Shown here: in pieces, positions 28,856 through 36,574 of the stretch
Numbering within the stretch: position 1 is the stretch's first letter
Layout of the letters: every line of letters starts with the position of its first letter
DNA from: a virus
Lineage: Duplodnaviria; Caudoviricetes
Strand: one strand, 5' to 3'
Virus record (IMG/VR): IMGVR_UViG_3300021431_000089
Span: 32,001-96,000 of that record
Length of the DNA stretch: 64,000 nt
The notes under the pieces: generated by a model
The model's input: only the letters and a program-made list of their open reading frames with translations
What the model was told of the DNA's origin: nothing
Database searches by the model: none
Made by a program: the position numbers and the translations under genes

Positions 28856-29095
28856 ATGAAGAATTTAACACCCGTAACCCGCGAAGAAAAGTTCATGGAC
28901 GCAATCGCAAAGCACGAAGTCATCAATCTTACACCTACAAACGATACGGAAAGATTACTTGATTCTATTATGCGCGATAGTCCAATCGCAATTAACCCCA
29001 AAACACGCACTGATTACTTCATCGCAAAGAACGCATCTGCGACAATCCTCGGAGAACCGAAGACTGATGATGTTACAGTGTCCGATGAACAGTAA
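28856..29095 (+). CDS. small repeat protein, paralog 2
   Basis: MKNLTPVTREEKFMDAIA; colinear with previous gene. Confidence 0.7.
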   Translation: MKNLTPVTREEKFMDAIAKHEVINLTPTNDTERLLDSIMRDSPIAINPKTRTDYFIAKNASATILGEPKTDDVTVSDEQ

Positions 29096-29108
29096 AATTA
29101 ACTAGACC

Positions 29109-29131
29109 AGCCCAGCGCAAGCTGGGCTTTT
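29109..29131 (+). terminator. terminator-like hairpin directly before tRNA
   Basis: AGCCCAGC-GCAA-GCTGGGCT-TTT. Confidence 0.6.
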
Positions 29132-29133
29132 AT

Positions 29134-29207
29134 CCCCCTGTGGCCTAATGGTAAGGCAAGCGACTTTGACTCGCTACATATGGGTTCGACCCCCATCAGG
29201 GGTGCCA
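29134..29207 (+). tRNA. tRNA-Gln(UUG) with encoded CCA
   Basis: Acceptor CCCCCTG/CAGGGGT, D arm GCC/GGC, anticodon arm AGCGA-CTTTGAC-TCGCT, T arm ATGGG-TTCGACC-CCCAT, G73-CCA. Confidence 0.93.
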
Positions 29208-29247
29208 TTTCTACATAGCTAAATACGGCTAATAAAATACCAGTTTG

Positions 29248-29274
29248 AGAGGGCGTAACTGCCCTCTTTTTTTT
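29248..29274 (+). terminator. intrinsic terminator after tRNA
   Basis: AGAGGGC-gtaact-GCCCTCT then T-tract. Confidence 0.75.
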
Positions 29275-29327
29275 GTTTTGACGATGAATGTATATGAAAT
29301 TGTCGTGCGCAGATATGGCGGTTCACT

Positions 29328-29376
29328 AAAATAAAAAATAGGCAGATTGACTTAATTGTCAGTCTGCCTTCTTTTT
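29328..29376. terminator. bidirectional terminator at convergence of the two arms
   Basis: A-rich run, AGGCAGATTGAC-ttaatt-GTCAGTCTGCCT, T-rich run. Confidence 0.7.
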
Positions 29377-29516
29377 CACAATCGTTCAACTATAGCTTGT
29401 ATGAATACTATAACCCAAACCATTACCATGGCGAACATGGCAGCCTCTGCTAATGTACCCCCAATGTACATCCCTGTCAGCAGCAGGATTATTTGGAGTA
29501 TTACGTAGTCAATCAT
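29376..29516 (-). CDS. 46-aa membrane protein (not in ORF track)
   Basis: MIDYVILQIILLLTGMYIGGTLAEAAMFAMVMVWVIVFIQAIVERL; overlaps upstream stop. Confidence 0.5.
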   Translation of the reverse strand: MIDYVILQIILLLTGMYIGGTLAEAAMFAMVMVWVIVFIQAIVERL

Positions 29517-29799
29517 CCCCATCATATGCTTCAATGAGATTCATCCACGCTGTTACCTTGGTGTGGTCATCCTCGATTTCACGGTACATGTAATCGTCCT
29601 CGTCGAGGCCGAACCATCCTGCGTGATCTTCAGTCGGAAAGTCCTCCGGGCAGAACTCATGCAGGTTTGTTGAATAACACGCCTTCTGTACGTTTCTGTA
29701 CTCGGCGAAGGTGCCAAGTCTACCGTGGATGGTTACGAGATACGTTTCACCGTCTTGGCCGTCAGGCAGCCGTTCACTCACTGGAATCCATTCGTTCAT
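29509..29799 (-). CDS. DUF551-like protein
   Basis: EWIPVSERLP...YLVT...VTAWM. Confidence 0.7.
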   Translation of the reverse strand: MNEWIPVSERLPDGQDGETYLVTIHGRLGTFAEYRNVQKACYSTNLHEFCPEDFPTEDHAGWFGLDEDDYMYREIEDDHTKVTAWMNLIEAYDGDD

Positions 29800-29956
29800 C
29801 TTGTTTTTCTCCTTTTCCGATAAATCTCTTTACTATAATAGCGATCGTAAGGCCTGTCATTTCGAACGCCATGCTTATCTCAATCACCAGCACAGTCGCC
29901 ACTATCGAGATCAGCACACAGGCAAGCGCAACTCCCATCGCTGTATGCATATCCAT
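29774..29956 (-). CDS. small membrane protein
   Basis: Hydrophobic 60-aa ORF in operon. Confidence 0.5.
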   Translation of the reverse strand: MDMHTAMGVALACVLISIVATVLVIEISMAFEMTGLTIAIIVKRFIGKGEKQDERMDSSE

Positions 29957-29959
29957 CAG

Positions 29960-30187
29960 TTAGTTGCCCTCACCGTCTATTGGTATCTGTACCGTGCAGA
30001 GGATATGTGTATCTGTACCGTACAGAGGAATCGTTCTGCCGTACTCATCTGTTGGTTGATACACCACACCACCGATTTCACATCCAGCTTCGCGCTCAAC
30101 TTCTTCCCTGACCGAAGCAAAGTAATTTGCGATTTCTTCGTGCGATCTCTCGGTGCTGCCGATGATCTCAATTTTGAAATAATTCAT
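29960..30187 (-). CDS. MNYFKIE-family small protein
   Basis: GGAGG RBS; paralogs at 61653 and 62703. Confidence 0.65.
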   Translation of the reverse strand: MNYFKIEIIGSTERSHEEIANYFASVREEVEREAGCEIGGVVYQPTDEYGRTIPLYGTDTHILCTVQIPIDGEGN

Positions 30188-30902
30188 TCGCCCTCCTGTC
30201 GTTTATCTTTAATACATCGTCATAGATGATTCTTACGTCCCTGAATTTTCTGTCCATATGGTAATGACCCGCATACCACTTTTCATAGCTGACGTTGCCG
30301 AGTAATTCTTCCAAGAAGTAGTTAAGCTCGTTTGGCTTGTATAATCCGTGGCTAAGTTCGTAGAGTGTGTTCGCGGGTATGTCGTGCGTGAATATGTAGT
30401 CTACGGTGTTGTCGTTTGCGCGAAGATTCTTCTTTGCCTCTGCGTATTCGAATGAGGACGGCATCTCTTCATCCCACCAGTTGACTCCCCTGTCTGCATA
30501 CTCCGTCTTTGTATACACGCCGCGATCAACCGATCTCGCCCCGCCCATTGCGAAAATCTTCTTTCCGTCGATGTTGAATACCTGACCGCGCATTAGGTGG
30601 ATGACCGAATCGCGTAGGAACTGCACCCTGCCGCCTTTCCACTCTTCGAATTTAAATCTGTTATAAAGCGCTGTGAAGTTCTCGTGATTTCCATCAACGA
30701 ACAGCGTCGTCCATGGAAAGTTATTTATATAATCGAGCCAGTATCTTTCCACCTCGTCCTCGCGGTTCTCCCACACAAATCCGAAATCACCGCAGATAAC
30801 AACGTAATCATCTTTAGTCAGTTCTTTGCCTTTGCCCGCCTCAAAGCGAAGCAACTTTTTAATATCGTATGTCCCGTGGGTGTCGCCAGTTACATAAAAC
30901 AT
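30168..30902 (-). CDS. calcineurin-like metallophosphoesterase
   Basis: GDTHG, GDFG, DGNHE, TH, GHYH motifs; start taken at MFYVT. Confidence 0.88.
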   Translation of the reverse strand: MFYVTGDTHGTYDIKKLLRFEAGKGKELTKDDYVVICGDFGFVWENREDEVERYWLDYINNFPWTTLFVDGNHENFTALYNRFKFEEWKGGRVQFLRDSVIHLMRGQVFNIDGKKIFAMGGARSVDRGVYTKTEYADRGVNWWDEEMPSSFEYAEAKKNLRANDNTVDYIFTHDIPANTLYELSHGLYKPNELNYFLEELLGNVSYEKWYAGHYHMDRKFRDVRIIYDDVLKINDRRANELFQN

Positions 30903-31031
30903 AATTCTTATCACCTTCCCTGAGTCCCATACAGCCATTCTGAGGCGCACGGCAGAACCATGATCGAGTGTTCAAAGTTGCCAGAGAATCGCTCGGCAGA
31001 GGCTCTGTGTGGCTGTGTGTGGCTGTTATGC

Positions 31032-31322
31032 CTAATCATCTTCTGTTTCCATATCTTCGCCGTATTCGCAGTATACCGAGTCGTCGAAGTCGGCGATGTC
31101 GACACGTGCGACACCATACATACGCCGATCCAAGTTCGATCCGTAACTCGTCAATCCAAGCGTATAGAGCTTGTAATATGCGTGTGCGATGTTTGTTTGC
31201 AGGTCGATCAGGATCTCCTTAGCCATGTTTGCATTGTGCTCGTCTAGGAACGTGCCAATTACTCGGTCGAAATCCTCGCCTGATTCATGAAGCAGATAAA
31301 TGTACGGTTCTGTTATTCTCAT
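31032..31322 (-). CDS. hypothetical protein
   Basis: AGGAGGT RBS; 96 aa. Confidence 0.65.
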   Translation of the reverse strand: MRITEPYIYLLHESGEDFDRVIGTFLDEHNANMAKEILIDLQTNIAHAYYKLYTLGLTSYGSNLDRRMYGVARVDIADFDDSVYCEYGEDMETEDD

Positions 31323-31343
31323 GTGACCTCCTGTTTTTATCGA

Positions 31344-31391
31344 GGAATTACTTGGGGAATTAATTGGGGAATTAGTTGGGGAATTAATTGC
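31344..31391. repeat. 4 tandem 12-bp repeats GGAATTANTTGG
   Basis: ggaattacttgg, ggaattaattgg, ggaattagttgg, ggaattaattgc. Confidence 0.9.
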
Positions 31392-31458
31392 TATTGATTC
31401 CTGAAGTAATGCTTCGATTGATGAGCAAACTACATATCATAGCGGCCCGCCCGTCATT

Positions 31459-31681
31459 CAAAAGTGGTAAATAGGTGGTACAAACTGAGTTGAAAATAAA
31501 AGAAACGCCCGATTTATAGGCGTTTCTGAGCTCTGTTAGCACTGTCAATATCAAAGTGCTAAGTTCTTCTCAGATCGTCTCAAATCGTTTTAAATCGCCA
31601 TTTCTGGCTATTCCTATTTAATATATCGTCTCAAATCGTCTTTATTCGTTGCTGTCAAAAGTGGTACAAAGAGTGGTACAA
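31459..31681. mobile_element. attP-like attachment region
   Basis: Non-coding, directly downstream of integrase; paired GTGGTA(CAA) direct repeats at 31459-31484 and 31656-31681; ATCGTCTCAAATCGT twice; central inverted repeats. Confidence 0.7.
31536..31562. promoter_or_regulatory. CIRCE-like element (HrcA operator) at attP centre
   Basis: TTAGCACTG-N9-AAGTGCTAA versus consensus TTAGCACTC-N9-GAGTGCTAA (16/18, exact spacer). Confidence 0.8.
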
Positions 31682-31694
31682 CCATGCATGCGTG

Positions 31695-32954
31695 TCATAA
31701 CACCTTACCATTTAACTTTTTAAAGCTCTCCTTTTTGGCGTCCTTGGTCGCCTCGTTGTAAACGTCCATCGTAACCGTGATGGATGAGTGTCCCATCACT
31801 TCTTGGATAACTTTCAGGTTTGATTCATTCTCGCACAGCCTTGTGCAGAATGTATGGCGCAATACGTGAACGCTGAATTTCGGCAAGTATACACACTTTT
31901 TGCCGATATTCCAATTCGCTTCAACCTGTTCGTTGTAATCTCTCTGGATCGCATACAGCGCCGCGTTTACGGTGCCGGGGATCGGCAATGACCCAAACTT
32001 TGTGCGCCAGACGAACCCCGTCATCCCGTCAATGCACAGATCGGCAACACCCTCATCGGTCTGCCGTCTTTTCTCGTTCTCCAATATTGTCCGCACTGTA
32101 TCCAACATTGGAATAATTCTCACACCAGCTTCCGTCTTCGTCCTGTTAATACTCAACCCGTACTCATCTGATTCCCCCAACTTATAATACTTAACCGTAT
32201 GGTTGATACTGATCAAACCTTCTTCGAAGTCACAGTCGTTCCACGTCAACCCAAGGGCTTCGCCGACACGGCATCCGGTACCCAGTATAAATGCGAATAA
32301 TGGGTACCAGTGCGCATGTCTTGCAGAGCGTTTTGTAAAGCTTAGAAAAGCCTCCTGCTCTTGAATGGTTAAACAGTGGACACGTTCGTTATCGTTTCTG
32401 AGATCCGCCTTCATACTTTTCAACAGTCCTTTGCATGGATTGTAGTTGATGGCGTGATTGCTGATTGCGATATCGAACATCTGGCTAAGCATTGAATCCA
32501 GATGCCTGATAGTCGACACGGTGGTTCCGTCGTTGAGTAGGTTTAGATAGTGCCGTCTTAACATCGGCTGTGTCAGGGCAGCTATCTTTGTATTGCCAAG
32601 CTGCCTGCTGACACGAGTTTGATACAGGTTTTCGTAGATGTCTCTGCTTTTCCGGTTTAGACGTGATTTTGTTTCCATGAACTGCTTGAAGCAATCCTCA
32701 ACGGTTTCTATATTCGCCGCATGTGCGTCAATTCCGTTAAGGACGTTCTTCTGGATTTCTGCCTCGAGCTCTCGGAGCGATTTATCACACCGTTTGCCGG
32801 ATGGTGTTCTGTCGGTCGAAACGAGTTTCCAACTGTACACGCTATGCTTGCGCCCGCTACTATCACTGTAGCGATACTCATACATGCCGTTTGCCCGCTG
32901 TCGCTCGTTAGGTTGTAGTAATCTGCCCTTCCTGTCTCTACGCTTTTCAGACAT
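31695..32954 (-). CDS. int: Tn916-family tyrosine integrase
   Basis: MSEKRRD.KGR.L...E.QR..G.Y.YRY arm-binding domain; TGCRVGE, K, HVLRHTF, MGH, DVY catalytic residues. Confidence 0.93.
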   Translation of the reverse strand: MSEKRRDRKGRLLQPNERQRANGMYEYRYSDSSGRKHSVYSWKLVSTDRTPSGKRCDKSLRELEAEIQKNVLNGIDAHAANIETVEDCFKQFMETKSRLNRKSRDIYENLYQTRVSRQLGNTKIAALTQPMLRRHYLNLLNDGTTVSTIRHLDSMLSQMFDIAISNHAINYNPCKGLLKSMKADLRNDNERVHCLTIQEQEAFLSFTKRSARHAHWYPLFAFILGTGCRVGEALGLTWNDCDFEEGLISINHTVKYYKLGESDEYGLSINRTKTEAGVRIIPMLDTVRTILENEKRRQTDEGVADLCIDGMTGFVWRTKFGSLPIPGTVNAALYAIQRDYNEQVEANWNIGKKCVYLPKFSVHVLRHTFCTRLCENESNLKVIQEVMGHSSITVTMDVYNEATKDAKKESFKKLNGKVL

Positions 32955-33021
32955 AGGGTTTCTCCTTTCTTGGAAGGGTCGCTATGATATGTATCGGAAT
33001 TCTATCACGAAACATACAGGA

Positions 33022-33306
33022 TTACATTCCATGAGTTACTTTGGAGATGTCTTCCTTTGCGCCATCAACTGTCGTGCGGAGAATGTCGATAGCGTCTTTG
33101 ATATCAAGATCTTTATCTTTTAATGCATCTCTGACCGCGTATGTCACATACTGGTTCAGGGCATCGGCGAGCGTCCTGTGATAGGTTGTATTGGTATACG
33201 ACTCACGTTCCTCGCCATTCTTATCTGTATACTTGCCAGCATATCGTGTCAGGTTATATGACCACTCGTCGACATCAATATACCAGTCGCCTTTAATATG
33301 AATCAT
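33022..33306 (-). CDS. hypothetical protein
   Basis: 94-aa ORF in operon. Confidence 0.55.
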   Translation of the reverse strand: MIHIKGDWYIDVDEWSYNLTRYAGKYTDKNGEERESYTNTTYHRTLADALNQYVTYAVRDALKDKDLDIKDAIDILRTTVDGAKEDISKVTHGM

Positions 33307-33321
33307 TATTCACACCGCCAA

Positions 33322-33663
33322 TCAGAATTCATTAACAGCAGCGATGAAGTCTTCGAGTGCCGCATATCTGATTCCGTCATTCAGTTTTGTATAACTGTCT
33401 TTAATTGCCTGCATCGTTACGCCGTGCGGAATACAGCGATTCTCGAATTTTTTATACGCGTCAAGGTACCATTCGTCTTTGTCACCGTTGTAGGTTGCCT
33501 CGTAATACATACCATCGGGAAGTGTTGTCGAGATCAAAAACTTCCAATTCTGAAGTGCTTTGCATTTCCACACCGTGTATACATCGAATACCGCTTCGCC
33601 CTCTGGTTTATCAAGGTGCGAGTAGGTGTACCACCTGACAAGTTCTAATGCCATTTCTTCCAT
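33322..33663 (-). CDS. DUF6275-like protein
   Basis: VW.CK.LQNWK..IST...DGMYYE.TYNGDK.E.YLDAYKKFEN. Confidence 0.7.
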   Translation of the reverse strand: MEEMALELVRWYTYSHLDKPEGEAVFDVYTVWKCKALQNWKFLISTTLPDGMYYEATYNGDKDEWYLDAYKKFENRCIPHGVTMQAIKDSYTKLNDGIRYAALEDFIAAVNEF

Positions 33664-33679
33664 TGTTCATTACCTTCTT

Positions 33680-33907
33680 TCATGAGAGAATTTCTTCGTC
33701 GTTACTGCGCCACCAATCCACAAGCTGCCTAAGACTGGTGCTAAAATCTGGGTCAGCATTATAATCGGCCAGACGTTCGATCAGTTCAACTGGGATAGCG
33801 TCCTTGGGGTGCTGCCAGAACTGCAATGATACGTTGCCGTTATATTCAGAGATCGATCCTTCATACCCGGCGTCCATAATAATCTTTAAGTATTTCTCAA
33901 CGTCCAT
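33680..33907 (-). CDS. hypothetical protein
   Basis: RBS; DAIPVE motif shared with other small genes. Confidence 0.6.
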   Translation of the reverse strand: MDVEKYLKIIMDAGYEGSISEYNGNVSLQFWQHPKDAIPVELIERLADYNADPDFSTSLRQLVDWWRSNDEEILS

Positions 33908-33935
33908 ATCCTTCTCCTTCTAACCTGAGATGTTT

Positions 33936-34151
33936 TTATATTGGCGCTGTCCACGCCATGATGATGAGGAGGACTAAGAACCCGATGCATACAATGACGG
34001 CAAATGACGTCATAATGCACATAGAGATCGAGAAACACACACTCCAGAACTCATAAGTGTAATCGGCGCGTTCCATGGCGATGTACGAGATAAACGAAAC
34101 TGGGATTGATAGTATTGCTATTGTTAATGCTACTCTTAATGCTGTTTCCAT
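33936..34151 (-). CDS. two-TM membrane protein, paralog A
   Basis: METALRVAL...LSIP....IAM....Y.FW..CF. Confidence 0.6.
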   Translation of the reverse strand: METALRVALTIAILSIPVSFISYIAMERADYTYEFWSVCFSISMCIMTSFAVIVCIGFLVLLIIMAWTAPI

Positions 34152-34153
34152 AT

Positions 34154-34378
34154 TTACATTGTCCAAATTGTTAAAATTAATTTCACGATGAGTAGGACGA
34201 CCACAACAGTGCACACCCCCGCCATGATAAATGTAGACACCTCAAAACACGCATTCCAGAACTTATAATAAGTCGGTTTTGACTGATCCATGGCAATGGT
34301 CGAGATGAGGCAGGTGGGGATTGATAGTGTTGCTGCTATTAATACCACTTTTAATGCAACTCTTAATACTATTTCCAC
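34154..34378 (-). CDS. two-TM membrane protein, paralog B
   Basis: MEIVLRVAL...LSIP....IAM....Y.FW..CF. Confidence 0.6.
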   Translation of the reverse strand: MEIVLRVALKVVLIAATLSIPTCLISTIAMDQSKPTYYKFWNACFEVSTFIMAGVCTVVVVLLIVKLILTIWTM

Positions 34379-34380
34379 TT

Positions 34381-34596
34381 TTATACCTCTGTTGCCGCTT
34401 CCAAGAATTTTTCAAACGCTTTTCTATTGATGAGCGCACGATTCCCGGAGAGGACATACAGTCTCGAGTCGCGGTGATCCGCTAATATATTGCGTAGTTT
34501 GCCTTCGCCAATGTTGAAGTACTTTGAGGCTTCGTTAACCGTAAGTAAGAACTTGTCGCCCGGTTTAAGATCTGTCTTGTTCATGATTCTCTCCAT
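34381..34596 (-). CDS. xis: Tn916-type excisionase
   Basis: K..LT..EAS.YF.IG..KLR....GNR.LI.RK.FEKF. Confidence 0.82.
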   Translation of the reverse strand: MERIMNKTDLKPGDKFLLTVNEASKYFNIGEGKLRNILADHRDSRLYVLSGNRALINRKAFEKFLEAATEV

Positions 34597-34768
34597 CTAA
34601 CCTGACGGGTTCTCCGGTTTCAATCGGGCAATAGTATGTAATCGACGCCCCGCAGTTTGCGCAGTGGCATTCATGTATGATTCCAATACCGTCAAGCCCG
34701 TAGTCTTCGAAATCGAAATCAGCATCCCAGACCACCGAACGGCTCAAGCAGTTGAAGCACTCATACAT
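34565..34768 (-). CDS. zinc-ribbon protein
   Basis: CFNC...CANCG. Confidence 0.6.
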   Translation of the reverse strand: MYECFNCLSRSVVWDADFDFEDYGLDGIGIIHECHCANCGASITYYCPIETGEPVRLDGENHEQDRS

Positions 34769-35162
34769 CTTTTGGCTCCTCTCCTGTGAGCTCGTTCATA
34801 ACCTTGTCGTACATATCGAGGATGATTTTTGCGAATGTCTTACTCTTCGGGTTGATATTGATCGTCGGGTTTCTGCGCACATGTTTGTACCAAGAGATCC
34901 TGACACCGTCACAGCTGAAGTTACACGGTAAGAAATCGTCCTCATCCCAGTTGTATGCATGTACTTCGAAGCACTTACCAATGTATTCGTTACCTGTGTT
35001 TGCGAACGCTGAGTCCCAGACCTTTTGGTTTTCGTTCCAGTATTTTCTGCTAATTTCGTTGTTGATGTCAGCGAGCAGGGCGACCACCCAACGCGGGCAG
35101 TCGTAGATCTGATTGTCGTTGCTGTTATTCCACAGCATGTTGCCTAATTCAAGTTCTGCCAT
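34761..35162 (-). CDS. hypothetical protein
   Basis: Start taken at MAELEL after GGGG RBS. Confidence 0.6.
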   Translation of the reverse strand: MAELELGNMLWNNSNDNQIYDCPRWVVALLADINNEISRKYWNENQKVWDSAFANTGNEYIGKCFEVHAYNWDEDDFLPCNFSCDGVRISWYKHVRRNPTININPKSKTFAKIILDMYDKVMNELTGEEPKDV

Positions 35163-35172
35163 TATAGACCCC

Positions 35173-35514
35173 CTATCTGAACTCTCTATCCGAAAAGCGA
35201 TAGCCATCAACATTCCGGCAGTTTATGAACATTTCATCACTCTCTAAGCTCTGCTTCCTCTGGATGAAATCCTCAAAGTCGCGGAGGCTGAAAACCTCGT
35301 CATATTCATCAATGATTACGTATTTCGGATCGTCAACAGTATATTTTTTCAACCACCCAATGACATCATCATATGATTTCCAAGTGATCGGTGGATCGTG
35401 CCATGTTTCGTCATGCGATTGGAAGAGAAATCTCCAGCCTATGGATGACTTCCCGATGTGTATTGGGCTTTCACATGTTGGTCTTGTCCGTACTGCGTAA
35501 TAATTCGTTCCCAT
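35173..35514 (-). CDS. hypothetical protein
   Basis: MGTNYY...HIGKSS.GW.F phage-type motif; AGGAG RBS. Confidence 0.65.
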   Translation of the reverse strand: MGTNYYAVRTRPTCESPIHIGKSSIGWRFLFQSHDETWHDPPITWKSYDDVIGWLKKYTVDDPKYVIIDEYDEVFSLRDFEDFIQRKQSLESDEMFINCRNVDGYRFSDREFR

Positions 35515-35656
35515 CTTTACGCTCCTTTAGCTTGAAGTTGTGACACTTCGCGTTGGCGATAAATCTGAAGATTGGTATATAGTCGTTGTATCTAGCACAG
35601 AATGGTTCCTCACCAAGCAACCGATAATAGCGGCAATTGGTGCACATACTTTCCAT
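35471..35656 (-). CDS. small Cys-rich protein
   Basis: CTNC..C..C. Confidence 0.5.
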   Translation of the reverse strand: MESMCTNCRYYRLLGEEPFCARYNDYIPIFRFIANAKCHNFKLKERKDGNELLRSTDKTNM

Positions 35657-35744
35657 CAGAACCCATCTCCATTTTTGATCTGGAAGAACTCATATATAAT
35701 GAGCAGTGTCATTGCGGCGACCGCATAGTATACAGCCATCGGCA

Positions 35745-36206
35745 TCAGCGTTCACCAGTACTTCCGAAACCGTTTGCGCCACGCTCTGTATCGTCAAGTG
35801 AATAGACCTCGCACGGCCTGATGTCCATATACGGCATCACGACAAGCTGTGCTATGCGGGTGTTCTCCTCGATGCTCACCATTTCATCTGTATCATTGTG
35901 CAGTGCGACAATAATTTCGCCGCGGTAGTCAGAATCAACAACACCTACGCAGTTTGCCGGGCGCAGTCCCTTCTTTAAGGCCAGGCCAGATCTTGCGAAG
36001 ATAGCTCCGAATGTTCCTTTCGGAAGAGCTATGGCAAGTCCGGTGCCAACAGGAACTGTTGAATGCGGTGCTATATCGCAAGCCGCAGTTGAGAACAAGT
36101 CCCAGCCCGCCGCTTCCGTGGAGCCCCTTCTTGGGCAGACGGCTTTGTCTGTGAGTCTTTTGTATTCGACTTTGAACGGCTTCGTCCATTTGAGTTGTGT
36201 GAACAT
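35745..36206 (-). CDS. dut: trimeric dUTPase
   Basis: AAGWDL, ARSGL, GVVDSDYRGE, RIAQL, RGANGFGSTG. Confidence 0.95.
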   Translation of the reverse strand: MFTQLKWTKPFKVEYKRLTDKAVCPRRGSTEAAGWDLFSTAACDIAPHSTVPVGTGLAIALPKGTFGAIFARSGLALKKGLRPANCVGVVDSDYRGEIIVALHNDTDEMVSIEENTRIAQLVVMPYMDIRPCEVYSLDDTERGANGFGSTGER

Positions 36207-36397
36207 GTCTTCTCCTTTGTTTCTTTTTTACTTCTAGTACGCTTCTTTTTTGCGTCTGGATCGGTACGTGTAATCGTTGATGTGTCTTCTGTCTTTTTGA
36301 ACACACATAGGTCGCTATCGGCGGTTACCACCCATGTTAGGAAGCAGGTTCCATTGATGTGATAGCCGCATGTTTTACATGTTGGTCTGCTGCCCAT
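36071..36397 (-). CDS. hypothetical Cys/Lys-rich protein overlapping dut
   Basis: GAGGA RBS; CKTC..C..C; basic tail overlaps dut. Confidence 0.4.
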   Translation of the reverse strand: MGSRPTCKTCGYHINGTCFLTWVVTADSDLCVFKKTEDTSTITRTDPDAKKKRTRSKKETKEKTCSHNSNGRSRSKSNTKDSQTKPSAQEGAPRKRRAGTCSQLRLAI

Positions 36398-36427
36398 ATC
36401 TGTCCTCTCATAACTTTTTTATAAAAG

Positions 36428-36570
36428 ATTTGCAAGGCGGGGATTTTCACCCCGCATGATCCACATTACGTGCGCCAGAGTCTGAGGTCGTCCGAAGCGC
36501 TATCACAGTCCGCTCCTAAAGCGATTGGATCTTACACATCATAAGCGTCTACATATTCCGCCACTTGCAC
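36428..36570 (-). ncRNA. enlarged tRNA-Leu-like RNA
   Basis: TGCAAG/CTTGCA acceptor, GCGGAATATGTAGACGC D arm, GCGGGG-TGAAAAT-CCCCGC T-like arm, ~90-nt structured interior with UUUAGGA loop. Confidence 0.6.
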
Positions 36571-36574
36571 TAGA

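Noticed and set aside
31344-31391. Tandem repeats as a mini CRISPR array
   Set aside because: 12-bp units without spacers; no cas operon, and the Cas4-like nuclease sits in the recombination operon
31695-34596. Independent Tn916-like ICE inserted in the phage
   Set aside because: No relaxase or conjugation genes; arm repeats flank a single core as in an unintegrated attP
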